Positions 27,157 through 40,059 of a stretch of 64,000 bases of DNA are shown piece by piece. Position 1 is the first letter of the stretch, and every line of letters begins with the position of its first letter. Source of the stretch: Eledone cirrhosa (lineage: Eukaryota); contig OZ024745.1 in assembly GCA_964016885.1 (NCBI GenBank), forward strand, positions 60,574,001-60,638,000, in the 5' to 3' direction. A program made the translations under genes and the position numbers. Under the pieces are notes generated by a model that was given only the letters and a program-made list of their open reading frames with translations, had not been told where the DNA came from and did not search any database.

Positions 27157-28020
27157 GGGAGGGTCATATTTGCGTAATATTGCCAGAATTAATAACAGAA
27201 CACACTCACTGTTTGGTTGGTTTTCGCTTCTCGCTGTCTTTTATATATATATATCTGCGATCTAACTTACTCGGTCCTCAATGTTGCCATTGACTGACCG
27301 GCGGTCAAAAATAATACAGATACAATATAGACAAACACATATATATATAGTTTACATAAATCTTTCGTTGCACATCTGCAACATCGTCAGTGGTGTTATA
27401 TTCATTGTTCCTCCTGTTGTGTTGTATGTCTACGCCATTTTTTTTGTTCAGTCTGTCTATATATTTATTTATTTATTTGCTTGTTTGTTTATCTTATTTT
27501 ATTTTGTCTTCTTTGCGCATGCGTTTGCGTGTGTGTATAGTGTTATGTGTGATGTGTGACTAGTGTGTATAGTGTTGTGTCTGCTGGGTGACTAGTGTGT
27601 GTTTATGTGCTTGTGTATGTATTTATTTATCTTATTTTATTTAATTTAATTTACTTATTTATTTATACTTCTCTTAGGTCAGTGTTGTTTGTTTGGGTGT
27701 TGTTGTTGTTCCACTCATTCTTTCTGTTTAGCTTTGGTCTTCTAATTTCTATTTCACTGGCCTCTCTGATTTGCCTATCTGCTGGGTCATTCCTATGTTT
27801 AGATATTATTCTAATTTCTATGTTGTCTATGTTACCGTCATGATGTTGTCTAGCATGTTCGTATAGTACTGACCCGTTTTTTCGTCCTTTTAGTTCCCCC
27901 CAGTGTTGGTCTATCCTTTCACCTATGCTACGAGCTGTCTCACCTATGTATGTTGTTGTCGTGTTTCTGCAAGTACCCTCTGTACATCTTATGCTATAGA
28001 CTACGTTTCTAGTTTTACAG
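27152..28020 (-). mobile_element. 5'-truncated Penelope-like element (Neptune-like GIY-YIG C-terminus + 3' UTR)
   Basis: Open frame 28019->27663, not in the ORF track (no start codon): CKTRNVVYSIRC...YIGETARSIGERIDQH...SVLYEH...RQIREA...LNRKNEW. Flanked by TA-rich tracts. Confidence 0.85.
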
Positions 28021-28049
28021 TTTATATTTATATATATATAATATATAAT

Positions 28050-29260
28050 ATATTAAAGTAAGGCATCCAAAGTTAAGACATGGAAGGACTTTGGAGTTAA
28101 GCTGGGATCCAGCTTCAGATCAGCAAATAAAATTTTAGCAGACCATCTGCTGACTTCATAATAAGTCCTCCATACCTGCTATCAGGAACATGTCTGGGTT
28201 TCTCCTCTCTTCATAGAGGTGGAGAGAACACTTTGCTGATCTCCTAAACCCAATCGGAACAGTATCTTCTGATGTACATGGGGTGCATCTGACAGCGATG
28301 ACTAACTTCTTGGAGGCTGAGGTCATAAGAACAATTAAAGAGCTCAAATGTGGCAAGGCCACTGGGGAGGATGAAATTTGACCTAAGATGTTAAAAGCCT
28401 TAAATAGAGAAGGTATTCTTTGGCTGACTCATGTGTGCTGGGTGGCTTGGATCTCTGGACAGGCACTTAAACAATGGCAATTGGGAGTGATAATCCCAAT
28501 TTTTAAAAAGGGAGACGAGAGAGATTGTTCCAATTATAGAAGGATCTTCATGTTAAGCCTCCTCAGAAAAGTCTATGCTAAGTGTCTGGCAAAGAGATGC
28601 AGGGAGATTGTCAAATCCAAGCTAGATGATGAACAGTGTGGCAGGTCTTTGAGAAATCGTAGGAGTACTGCCAAGAGTTGTATTCTTACTTCGTAGACCT
28701 TGAAAAGGCATTTGACTGCATTCCACAGAACCTGCTGTGGAAAGTTCTACAGGACTATGGGATCAAAGGTCAGCTTGTTGCCCTAATGTCTCTTTACGAA
28801 CGCCTGAGTATTTGTGTTTGGATAAATGGTGCTAAATTGAAACCATTCAATGTGAGAGTCAGACTCTGCCAAAGGTGCATGCTGTCACCTCTCCTGTTTA
28901 TTATTTTCATGAACAGGATTGACATGTGCAGCCGGGTTGGATGTGGTATCACAACTGGCAGATGTAGGATTAGTCAGCTGGAATTTGCAGATGACATGGT
29001 ATTACTTAACTCATCAGAAGGTGAACTCTGACATGCATTTGATCAGTTGTCCACGTGAGATTCTGTATGCTAATGATTGGTTCTTATAAATGTATCTGTG
29101 GGTCATTTAAAGGAGAAAATCCAGTTGTGGGAGGAAAGCCTAGAATTCAAACAGCTCAGAGTAACTTAGCAAAGACTAAAGTTTTAGTAAGTAGGACAGG
29201 TAATAATACTCTGATCCCACCAGGGAAATAAATATCCATGCTTGATAAGAAGACAGCCTT
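28050..29260 (+). pseudogene. Degraded RTE/Expander-like RT fragment
   Basis: [41 protein letters not shown] and FADD motifs in broken frames. Confidence 0.85.
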
Positions 29261-29653
29261 TGTATGTGTTCAGATAAATGGTGCTAAATCAGGGATAGTT
29301 TAGTAGTAAGAACACCAAAAGCTAAGTAAATCTAAATTTCAACAATTTGTTGATTCATATCTATCACTAAAATAATACTTTATGACTATGTGAAAATAAA
29401 CAATGAAGTCTACATCACATTTCTTAGACATATAAACAGGCTGGTTAAACTAGGTGTTCATTGTAAAGACAAAAAATAACAATCTTCACTTTTTTTTTTA
29501 CTTAATTGTTCCTAAAGAGACAATAATCCTTTATAGAAATCATTCTGTTCCTGTTAGAATAAAAAGGTTTCCACTTCTTAAATGAGTGAAATTTCACAAT
29601 TTTTGCAAATTAAAAACAGTCCTTTAGTTATTGAAGTGCTGAGAGATTTGACA

Positions 29654-29853
29654 TTTGAGAATCCCAAATGCAGAAAATAACTGTAATATCAGTTGATTGC
29701 TATAAATAACAGCTGAGAGAGTCAGGTAAAAATACCCCTAGAGACAGGAAAAAATGACCACTTTTTTCTGTCACTTACTTGATTCTCTCAGCTATTATCA
29801 TTTATAGCAGCCGACTGTTATTACAGTTATTTTCTGCATTAAGGATTCTCAAA
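29654..29853. repeat. ~200-bp imperfect inverted repeat (MITE-like hairpin)
   Basis: TTTGAGAATCC..ATGCAGAAAATAACTGTAATA..GCTATAAAT..AGCTGAGAGAGTCAGGTAA is mirrored in 29775-29853. Confidence 0.8.
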
Positions 29854-30603
29854 TTTTCAAAGTTCTTTAGTCTTCTCCTATCAACTTTGCTTTTTAGTTC
29901 AGCCATTGACTTAAATACTGAAATTATAGTGAATAACTTGACTTGTAGTGATTCAGTAGTGTGTGAGAACAATTTCAGAATATGAGTGAGAATGATGTAA
30001 TAGATCTTTGAGGATTCACAAGTATTTCCTTCTTCAAAGCCACATTACTCGGGACACTTCTCACTCAAACTCTGAAAATAACGTTTTGTGACTTATTAAC
30101 ACTTAAATATTCCTATAAAAGAGAGTTAACTGCGTTCTCTTTTTAAGCTGAGATGATGAAATAGTGATATACTTTCAACACAATATTTTCAACATCAAAT
30201 TCCAGTTTTCGTGTAGAAATTCTTGTTGCATTGTGCAAAATATGGACTTTATAATTTACAAGTACAATGTTCCTTCGAGCTGTTTTCAATTTTTCATAAG
30301 CAGTATTGCATTCTCTAGGTTACATTTGCATTGCTAGCAGTGAATGCAAACACTTTATCCAGATCCAGATCTTACATCCCTAGTTTAGGCTTCTGAATAT
30401 TCATTATTATGACTATAAATGTCCAGTAATGCATGTTGTATTCCTTTCTCAAAATGAAAGCATTGCATTAATACATCCTTCTACCTTGCTTGAAGCATCA
30501 GTTACTATGGGTTAACCATGTTTTATATATAAATGTAAGTCCCAGGTTCAATTGAGAGTAACCACAGTAAGTAAGGTACTCAATACATTACTACAGAGTA
30601 TAA

Positions 30604-30743
30604 AACAAATTTAATATAGAAATGGCTTCTACAGGACTAGAACTGTTTCATTCAAAGGAAATCATCAGGAAAGATTTCCTGATGATGTCCTTCAAATGAA
30701 ACAGTTCTAGTCCTGTAGAAACCATTTCTATATTAAATTTGTT
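30604..30743. ncRNA. Fold-back palindrome with a type I hammerhead motif on each strand (family 3)
   Basis: + strand 30675-30721: TTTC-CTGATGA-short weak stem II-GAA-ACAG-loop-CTGT-A-GAAA; mirror copy on the - strand. Confidence 0.65.
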
Positions 30744-30756
30744 ATATATATATATA

Positions 30757-30838
<82 letters not shown>

Positions 30839-31004
30839 ATATCATCATATATATATATATATATAGTTCAAGAATAAATAAGACAAACACAGAAATGCAA
30901 AAACACAAAGCCTTATTAATTTCACACATGGGAAGAAGTAAATGAGGCTTTTAATGTATTGGACATAAGTCCTTCTTCAGGAAATAGCAAGTTTAGAGAG
31001 AGAA

Positions 31005-31800
31005 AAGGCTGGAACAACAGAGTTTGGCAGACCCAGAAATACATGGGATGAGGTAGTGAAGAGCAACCTTAAGAAACTATGTCTCACAATTGAGATGATA
31101 AAGGATCAAGAGTGCTGGTGCTATGCTGTAATGATGAAGACCCAGCCAGAAGCATACAATATGACCTGGCCCATCTATGAACCACTCCCCTCCTTCCCAC
31201 TAGCCCTCCCCACTACTGCACCCACCACCCACGCCCCCTCCAAAACCACTCCTTAAGTACTATCTATCTTAAGACCTTAGATATCCTCACAATTGCATCA
31301 TTAGTAGCTACTCTCTCTACCCCTTGTTCAACCCTCATTACCACCCCTTACCCCTTCACTACCCCCATTCCTATCTTTCTACCACGACCCCCCCGTCTCT
31401 ATCGAGTACATCCCATACGCCACTACATTCCCTCTCCCCATACACTAATCAGCCACCCCTACCCATCCCAACAAACACCTGTAACTTAAAACCTATCTCC
31501 CTCTCATATTACCCCCTCCCCAGAGCTGAGAGGGCTCTATAATTGAGTCTATGGCCAACAACCTTTCTAGTGATGGTGCCACAAATATGCATCCGGTACA
31601 CTTTATATGGGTGGTTGGTGGCAAGAAGAGCACCTCACTGTGGAAACATGCTAAAAGAGTTGAGAGGATCCTTTAGCTGAATCAAAGTCACAACAACCAC
31701 TCTAGTGTTGGTAATCAACACAATAAACACACCCAGTGCACGCTGTAAAGTGATTGGTGTTAGGAAGAACATCTAGCCGTAGAAATCTTGTCAAACAAAG
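31005..31800 (+). mobile_element. Old RTE 3' fragment
   Basis: GRPRNTWDEVVKSNL-like remnant at ~31025-31070 and a diverged GGTGTTAGGAAG..CATC.AGCCGTAGAAA 3' UTR motif. Confidence 0.6.
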
Positions 31801-31855
31801 GGTTGGGAGGACTGTTCAGTTTGTGTCAAAATACACAACTTCTCCTGTGCCCTCG

Positions 31856-32050
31856 ATAATTGTTTCTACTTTAGGCACAAGGCCAGCAATTACCCAGTGC
31901 ATTACTGGTACTTTATTTTATCGACCCCGTAAGGATGAAAGGCAAAATCAACCTCGTCGGGCGGGATTTGAACTCAGATCGTAAAGGGACGTAACTATGC
32001 TGGAAAGCATGGCGTCCGACCCTCTACTGATACTGCCAATCCACCGCCCT
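31856..32050 (-). mobile_element. SINE family B copy
   Basis: Near-identical reverse complement of 5881-6070. Confidence 0.88.
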
Positions 32051-32199
32051 TACAATGACCGTACATAAGCGGGATACAGATCTCCTCAGCCTGTCTGGGA
32101 CGTCAGTGGCTCTGCTTCAATACTGATTTGGTCTATGTAGACACGTCCAATCCTTGCTTGCAGGGAAAGCAGACGTTAAATGATGATGATGATATACAC

Positions 32200-32283
<84 letters not shown>

Positions 32284-33154
32284 TTGTATGGACCCGTACC
32301 TTGTGATAGGGTCGTAATGGCACCGTAGTGACGACATACTGCGTGTCTAGGACATTTTTAACCTGGTTGTGCTCATCCCTCAACAAGTTTGAACAGAAAG
32401 GAGACAGAGTGAGAAAGAAATATAGAGGAAGAATAGACCTCGCCCCCACCCCCAGTACTTTATTTAGAGACTTCGAAATGATGAAAGGCAAAGTTGACTT
32501 CAGTGGGATTTGAACGAATAGCGCAAAGCATTCTTCTCATTATATATAAAAATGCTTAAATCAACCAGGGCTATAGGAGTTCGCTCCCCTGCTTACTTCC
32601 ATGACTGGTCTTGAAACTAATACATATACAGACATACACAGATATGCATTTACGCCCATATATTTAAAATACCATTAGCAGGGGAAAATGGATTTTAAAT
32701 GATGACGATAACTACTCTCTCTCTCTCTTTTCTTTTACCTCGAGCATGCTGCAAAATACTGTTTTCCTCGAAAAACGGAGAGGAAAGGGGGTCCTCGGAT
32801 CTCCCGGAATTTTTTTATCCCTTAAGCCTAACCCTAACATCCGGGGAAAGAGATGAAAAGTCCGAATGTCCCATTCCGTTTTCCGGGAAAAAGTCCTTTG
32901 CAGCATGATTGGAGGTAAGTTCAGTTGGTTAGCACACGAAAAAAATAACGAAGAGTAAAGGAAACTCTGGAGAAGGGGCCCCCTTCCCTTTTCCGGAGAA
33001 AACATTCTAATGACCATATCAAGAGGTAAGTTTAATTGATATCCCACGAAAAAAAATAAATAATCCCACTGAAATCGGCGGGACAACTCTCTATAATACC
33101 GAATATTAATTTTTTTATATATTAATCCTAGTTATTTTAAGGGTCAATAGATAC

Positions 33155-33705
33155 TAGAGCTTGGGACAGCTTCGACCAGTCGGATCAGTTTTCACGGTGC
33201 CGCTTACTATCATCTGCCAGCACCAAATACTCAGGTGACTGAGTTGATGCCCTACCCGTGGCCTACTTAGCTTGGACAAACTTCGTATCGCCATTGTCCA
33301 GAGTGGGAGCTGACGTCTGTATGGGTTTGAGGTGCCGATGTGGAAAACTCCTCGACTACTGACTGCGAGATTCATATCGCTACCGGCGGCTCGCTTAACA
33401 GAGGTAACTGGTGAAATCGTGAGGGCGCTTGGTTATTCCAGCTCATCAGTCCCGCCATCACTCGAGGTAACGCTGCGTGCGTGTTGGCTTGCCCCAAAAA
33501 TCATTAGAGAGGTTTCCCAGAGCTCCTCACGATACTGTTATCTTTTACTCGGTTGTCCACCCCTTTTGCTGTATGTGGTGCCAGATGTGTGGGTTTTTTT
33601 CTTTCTTTTCCTTTATCTTATGTGCTTTTTCGTTCTGTAAACATTGTATTATATCTCTTTTTATACAACAGTGAATAAAATCCTATATATACATAAAAAA
33701 AAAAT
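33155..33705 (+). mobile_element. Degraded, internally deleted CRE-like LINE 3' end
   Basis: Broken peptides LRIAI..RVGADVC..CRCG and REGAWLFQ..AITRGNAACVLA; 3' UTR with AATAAA and an A-tail, similar to 45830-45897. Confidence 0.6.
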
Positions 33706-35099
33706 TTAATTAATGCCAATAGTATTCTTATAAAATCCATTATCAAATAAACTCTTATTACTACTTAAGGTTAACTCAATAGTTGTATATGATGTTTTCA
33801 TCATCAGTTTGACGTCTATCTTCCATGTTTACATTAGTTAAACGAGTTGTCACGTACTGAGGCTAAACAGGCCAGGTTACCATTATCTTGCTCACACGTT
33901 CCATTTTGGCTAGATTTGTACAGTTGAATGCTCTTCCTAAAACCAACCACCTTTAAACGAGTACTGGGAACATTTTATACAGACTCCAGCATTACCACCT
34001 TACACGAGAGTGCATTTGTTTTTAATGTCTATAAAATAAGTAGCAGTAAAGTACTTTATACCATAAATAGAAATTAACATCAGTTTTCCAATGCTGTTGG
34101 AGGTTTATTAATCTACTGCTAGATGAAGCCACAGTATGACCTACCCGATTTATGTTGATACAAGTTCAGTATTTGTCAGTCTTAACTTACATTTCTTTTG
34201 TGGTTTTCCTCTACCAGTGTTCATCATTCTGCAATCATGTTTGCCCAGTACTGGGATCGGTTTATTTTCACTTCCTCTCTGAAAGAAATTGGCTGAGTTC
34301 AGACCTGGAGAGGGGACGGACTCCGCCAGGTTTAAAAGTGACCAAGGTATACTTTGTTACGACGGCGAACCAACATACAAGAATATTGCAGTTTCTTAAT
34401 ATTTCAATTACAAATATTTTGCTATTAAATAGGAAGAAAAATAATCAATTTGAAAATAAATTTCTATCTGAAAAGAAATCCCCTACTTGATTTTTTTCGA
34501 CTACTTCTCACTTGACAATCGTTCAACTAAGTAGAGAACACTCTTCAGCGAGAAATATTTTCCTGACCGCCAAATCCGTAAGAAATGGCTCAATTTTTAG
34601 GAAACAGGTGGGAACCCTCTAAATTTTTTTAACTTAGGGCTTTCAAGTAATGACTTAAAACCGTTAAAAATTCGTCTTTTAATTAACTCCATCTCGCGAC
34701 AAATGTCAGAAGGCTTGGGTTGAGTATATAATAAATATTATTACATACACAAATATATGTGCGAGATTGTTCGGCAAACTGATAAAGATAGCCAAAAATA
34801 TATTGTACATGATCTTACACTCACATTTTGTTACTTTCCGACTGATTTAGAAAAAAAAAAAAAATAGAACAAAGAACATTTTCTCACCGAATGGATGAGG
34901 GTTGTTTTCTGTAAATTTACCAAAGTGGAAATTGGCATACATGAATTTTAGCGGTCTGAAAAATGAAAGTAAATTGATTTATTTTCGAACGTCGTGTTTA
35001 CATTTTGTGTGTGTTTAGATCTAAATTAGTTACTGAGATTAAACACAAAATCAGAGCCTCTGTCGTTTAAACTGATTATATATATAGATGTGTGTATGT

Positions 35100-35430
35100 A
35101 GTTGGTGGTTGAGAGAAGAGTACTGAATACCGAAGTAATCTTGTAATGAGGCTTGCAGAATGGTGAGTCCGCCATTCTGGACGCTGCTGCCTTGTAGAAG
35201 TCCCAAATCGAAGCTGTGACACTCTCGTCCCCATCATTCAGCAGGGATTTTGCCAGGCAGCCGCATCATCTCCGATGGTTGGGCTTCCTATTCGGAAATT
35301 GAAGGTGGGATTTACGTTCATGATGTGGTGCACGAACGGAACTTTGTAGATCCTGCGGACGCTGATGTGCACACACAGCTCATAGAGAACACATGGACCC
35401 GTGCAAAGAAGCTTCGTCGCCAACATGTTT
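35100..35430 (+). pseudogene. Merlin/IS1595 (ISXO2-like) DDE transposase fragment
   Basis: VEVPNRSCDTLVPII..LPGSRIISDGWASY...H..NFVDP...HTQLIENTW, frameshifted. Confidence 0.85.
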
Positions 35431-36132
35431 CGTTTAAACACACACAAAATGAAAACAGGACGTTCGAAAATGAAAATAAATTTACTTTCATTATTGCGAC
35501 CGCTAAAAGTCATGTATGCCTTGGAAATTAAGATCGATTCGGGGTCAACCTGTTTCGGTAACAGCCATAACATTTTGTGGCCAGCAGAAAATTAGTCCTC
35601 CTCACATCTTATACATAGCAGCCCGCCAAGAGCATAGTCGTTGGCGGGTTACATGGTTTCCAAGTCTTACAAAATATAGCGAAGTTGTCTATACTATACA
35701 GATGTAGTAATCAGACTGGGCTGTTGGCTAATTTGAACAATATTCCCTGAAATAAAGTTGGTCTCCTGTGTTTGTGACCTGATAAGAGAGATGCAATTGA
35801 AAAAAAAAAGTGCAGACGAGAACTGGAAACAAGCACAGCTAATAAAACGAAAACAATTGTGTGCTTACCTGTAAATTAAGATAAAAAATAACAAAAATTC
35901 GTAAATAAGTAAGGAAAAACAAGTCTCAAGACAAAAATGAAGATAAAAAATGACATTTATATAATGATATATATTTACAGAACGAGTGATATGGTCATTT
36001 TTTTTAGTGAAGACCCTAGATGGATGAAGTTGAGAAAATGTAGCATGAATGGGCGATTAAAGTCTGTACAGTAATATTTACAAGTTTCTAAATAAATATG
36101 GTAAATGTTCATGAAGCGATTGATCTTTATAT

Positions 36133-36666
36133 TTATTTCTTGGCGGCTTTTTTAGTGGTCTTAGCCTTTTTTGGTTTGGCTACTTTTTTTGCAGTGGGTT
36201 TCTTTGTAGGCTTGCTGACCTTTCGAGGTTTAGCAGCCTTTGGCTTTTTCACTTTCTTGACTTTGCTTGCAGACTTCTTTGCAGGCTTTTTTGGAGTTTT
36301 CGGCTTCTTCACTTTGGTTTTCGTGGTTTTCTTAGCTTTCGGTTTCTTTTCCTCTTTCTTGGTAACACCAATTTTAAAGGAACCCGAAGCTCCAGTTCCC
36401 TTCGATTGTTTCAGTAATCCTGAGGCAACGCCTCTCTTCAAAGCCATTTTAGTCTGGATAGTGACAGACTTATCATTAGCCTCCAGTTTGAAATTTTTCA
36501 GAATGTATTTGACAATGGCCTGACGAGATGAGCCAGACTTTCCACCCAAGTCTGTAATCGCTTTTTTAACCATTTCACTGTAAACTGGGTGAGAAGAAGG
36601 CTTTTTCGCCTTCGCAGCTTTCTTTACTTTAGGGGTTGCTGTAGCGGCGGCTGCTGTTTCAGTCAT
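36133..36666 (-). CDS. H1: Linker histone H1 (H1/H5 family), intronless ORF, 177 aa
   Basis: Winged-helix globular domain SHPVYSEMV...GSSRQAIVKYI...LKQSKGTGASGSFKI, Lys/Ala/Pro-rich tails, Kozak-like ACCACCATG. Confidence 0.97.
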   Translation of the reverse strand: MTETAAAATATPKVKKAAKAKKPSSHPVYSEMVKKAITDLGGKSGSSRQAIVKYILKNFKLEANDKSVTIQTKMALKRGVASGLLKQSKGTGASGSFKIGVTKKEEKKPKAKKTTKTKVKKPKTPKKPAKKSASKVKKVKKPKAAKPRKVSKPTKKPTAKKVAKPKKAKTTKKAAKK

Positions 36667-36763
36667 GGTGGTTCTTTTTCAATGGAGTGACCGTAGTGTA
36701 AAAATAATCTCTGATCGAAGTGAAATCAGCCGAATAATAATACCTAACTACGTAACATTTCGT

Positions 36764-36808
36764 TATAAATAAACAGCACACGGACGTAGTAGTAAACACA
36801 AAACACTG
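36764..36808 (-). promoter_or_regulatory. Putative H1 core promoter (TATA-like element)
   Basis: TATTTATAA ~100 bp upstream of the ATG; an AAACACA (H1-box-like) motif at ~36794-36800 but inverted relative to the gene. Confidence 0.35.
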
Positions 36809-37686
36809 CATCTTTCTTTGTGTCAAAATGGCAGCTTGTCAACGTCATGTGTGTTTCTTCCATATACTTTAACAGTGTTGCCTCCTAGTTTACAAACAAA
36901 AACTAACATTTTAAGGTGTTTGGAAATAAAGTATAGGCTTTAGGTTAACATTTCCTGCAAAATATATATCTGTAGTGGGTTTCTCGTAAACATTATTATC
37001 CCAAATATAAGATGTTGTCAATCTATTACTTTGTCAGCAGGGTTCATTGAAACTTTGAATTACAGAAATATATATCAATGTAATGTCTTCTAAACTTTAA
37101 ACATGAAAAAATATTAGTATTGCTAGGTATTGAACCCAACATTTGATAGATTCAAAGAAAAATATGACAAGTATGATTGCAATTTTTACGACAACAAACA
37201 CAATTTTCTTCACTCTGCCGCCATATTTTTTATTTGCGTTTAGGAAACAGGAAGATGTATTATCAATAAATGGAATATATTTTATCAATTATATACTTCT
37301 TTTTAAGTAAAAAAAAACAACCTTTAGCGACCTTTTTTTGTAAATACTAGATAAACAATAAACCTATCAACATCATAATGTAACTACTTCTTTTATAAGT
37401 ATTCAGTGTATAATCTGACAATAAAAAGCAGGTATTAATGTTAACAAAAGTATTACAGAATTGAGTTACGGAGTCTAGTAAAAGAACAATTTAGAAAATA
37501 CATTTTTGGTATTAGAGATGTTTTAAGTATAAATTCTATAGAATCTTCAAGTTAAGATATAGTCATTCTTTTTTATATAAATTTCCGCGTATTTACAAAG
37601 AGAATTTATTGTTTCAGCGAAACATTTTAGGTTGGGTAACGTTTTTGATTCTGAGTCTACATTGTCAAAAACTGAGGAGTATATAC

Positions 37687-37732
<46 letters not shown>

Positions 37733-37758
37733 ATATATATAAATATGTGTGTAAATAT

Positions 37759-37789
<31 letters not shown>

Positions 37790-38150
37790 GTATATATATG
37801 TATATATATAAATATGTGTGTATATGTATATATATAAATGTGTGTATATGTATATATATAAATGTGTGTATATACATAAATATGTGTGTATATGTATAAA
37901 TATGTGTGTATATATATATAAATATGTATATATATAAATATATATATATGTTTGTGTGAGTGTGTGTATAATTATATATTATGTGTGTGTATAATTATAT
38001 ATATATATTATGTGTGCGTGTATAACTATATATATATATTATATGTGTGTGTGTCTATAATTATATATATATATGTATGCATGTGTGTTTCAAACTACTA
38101 AGGCCAGTATTCAGCAGAGTACTCGATACTTGGGATAGTAGAGTGTAAAT

Positions 38151-38285
38151 ATATTAGAGAGTCGGGGCCAAACGGCTAAGTTCTTGCAGTTTCGACAGCA
38201 AATTCCAGGCTCATATGTATATAGAGTCTGGAATTTGCTGTAGAAACGGCCATAGCTCAGCCATCGGGCCCCGGCTCTCCAATAT
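38151..38285. repeat. Fold-back element, family 4 (hammerhead 3' half)
   Basis: Imperfect palindrome containing GAAACGGC.ATAGCTCAGCC; relatives at 3974-4030, 38585-38640, 43741-43900 and 46044-46164. Confidence 0.7.
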
Positions 38286-38340
38286 ATATATATATATATA
38301 CGATATTAACAAATGGAAACTATATTTATAAAACCATATC

Positions 38341-38405
38341 TATTTTATTATACATATTTCAAGGATACCATGTTAAATTATGGTATGCTTTCATCAGACA
38401 AAATA
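38341..38405 (-). ncRNA. Type I hammerhead motif (family 2) in a PLE-like end
   Basis: TATTTTGT-CTGATGA-AAGCATACCAT..ATGGTATCCTT-GAAA-TATGTA-TA-ATAAAATA. Confidence 0.75.
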
Positions 38406-38633
38406 CAATATATACCAGTTTTATAAATAAATATTGACATACCCTTTCAAAATGCAACCGTTACTTTTGGAAGACATCAGGGATAGTCATAAAAAATTTT
38501 TGTTATAAAAATATTTGCTTGTAGTATCCCAACAATTTAAATAGAACTTTTGCATATATATATATATATATAACAAAGTTTTAGTTCGGATCTAGCTGTC
38601 GAAACGGCCGGAGCTCAGCCGTCGGGGTCCTGA

Positions 38634-38675
<42 letters not shown>

Positions 38676-38676
<1 letters not shown>

Positions 38677-38806
38677 CTACAGCTTAGTAAATTAGAGCAA
38701 CGTGAAATAAAGTGTCTTGCTGAAGAACACAACGTATCACCCAGTCTGAGAATCGAACTCACAACTTTCGATTGCCAGTCTACGCTCTAACCACAAAGCC
38801 ATACGC
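38676..38806 (-). mobile_element. SINE family A-like 5' portion
   Basis: Reverse complement has TGGCTTTGTGGTTAGAGCG, GAGTTCGATTCTC and CAGCAAGACACTT. Confidence 0.7.
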
Positions 38807-38976
38807 CTACACACACACAAACACATACACACACACACATACACAGACATATATTTATATACTAAAAAGTTATTTTTCTCTAATATTTAGATATCTCAAT
38901 GAAAGGATAAAATATACAGATAAATTATCAACTCAGAGAATTGTATCTAGTTTATATACCTACAAATCAAGATTTC

Positions 38977-39017
<41 letters not shown>

Positions 39018-39023
<6 letters not shown>

Positions 39024-39440
39024 AGATCAAAAGATGGTTAAAAGAGTTCCAAGTATTTTATTATGCGCATTTCAAAAACAAATATCATCATGGGATGATA
39101 TCTGCGTTCTCATCAGATAAAATAGGGAGACATGATATGAAGCTTAAAAAACACTTGTGAATAGTGAAGTTTTAAATCAACATATGAAAAATAAATTAAG
39201 ATTGATGTATGAGATTGGGAAAAAGTGAGGAGGGTTGGAAAAAGTAAGGAAGAGGAAGAGATGAGAGTAAAGGATGGTGGGGGAGGAGTATAAGAAAGAA
39301 GGATGAGAGAGGAGGAGAGATGGGTGATAGAGAGAGAGAGATAGCCTTTACAACTGAGAAAAATATATATATATTGTCTCACAGAGAGAAATTAAAAAGC
39401 CGTTGGAAGATAATAGATAATTTAAAAATTTTGAAATTAA
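39018..39440 (-). mobile_element. PLE 3' UTR fragment with hammerhead (39054-39124, family 1)
   Basis: Collinear with 41965-42395; TATTTTAT-CTGATGA-long stem II-GAAA-TGCGCA-TA-ATAAAATA. Confidence 0.8.
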
Positions 39441-39642
39441 AAGTTAATGAGGTTTATGCATGAAGAAAAAGGAATTAAGAATAGTATTAAATTAAGTATA
39501 TATTCAAAATTAAATTAAATTAATTTAAGGGTGTCATGTCAGAGAGACATGCGCCATATCCACTGTAGAATATGCTCCAAGATTCCAATGAATAGATCCG
39601 AGCATTTTATATCAACTAGAAATTGATTGGCATATATATATA

Positions 39643-40059
39643 TCTAAAATAACCATATGAAACAATCACAGGGAATAATTTGTAAAAGTGTGTAAGCACA
39701 CATAGCTATGGAGGTAACTAATTAAAGTTTATCTAGAACTTTAAAAATAGATACCTTATAAATGGATTAATCTTCCTTGTATATATTTCATTAAAGAAAT
39801 ATATTTCACCATCAATCTTTCGGTAAACCACAGTAGCCAAATCCTGGATTTTCAACAAGGAAGAAGACTGATGGATTACCGAAAGATTGATGGTGAAATA
39901 TATTTCTTTAATGAAATATATACAAGGAAGATTAATCCATTTATAAGGTATTTATTTTTAAAGTTCTAGTTAAACTTTAATTAGTTACCTACATAGCTAT
40001 GTGTGCTTACACACTTTTACAAATTATTCCTTGTGATTGTTTCATATGTTTATTTTAGA
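39643..40059. repeat. Long inverted repeat (~184-bp arms, ~49-bp spacer)
   Basis: 39643-39826 is the near-perfect reverse complement of 39876-40059; degenerate hammerhead CTGATGG...GAAA-TATATTTC-loop-GAAATATA-TA near the apex. Confidence 0.9.

Noticed and set aside
32687-33150. Possible DNA-transposon remnant with CCTAACCCTAAC and two GAGGTAAGTT..CACGAAAAAAA units
   Set aside because: No termini or TSD could be defined, and the telomere-like motif is only two units.
36098-36523. 141-aa hydrophobic + strand ORF
   Set aside because: Antisense shadow of the Lys-rich H1 CDS.
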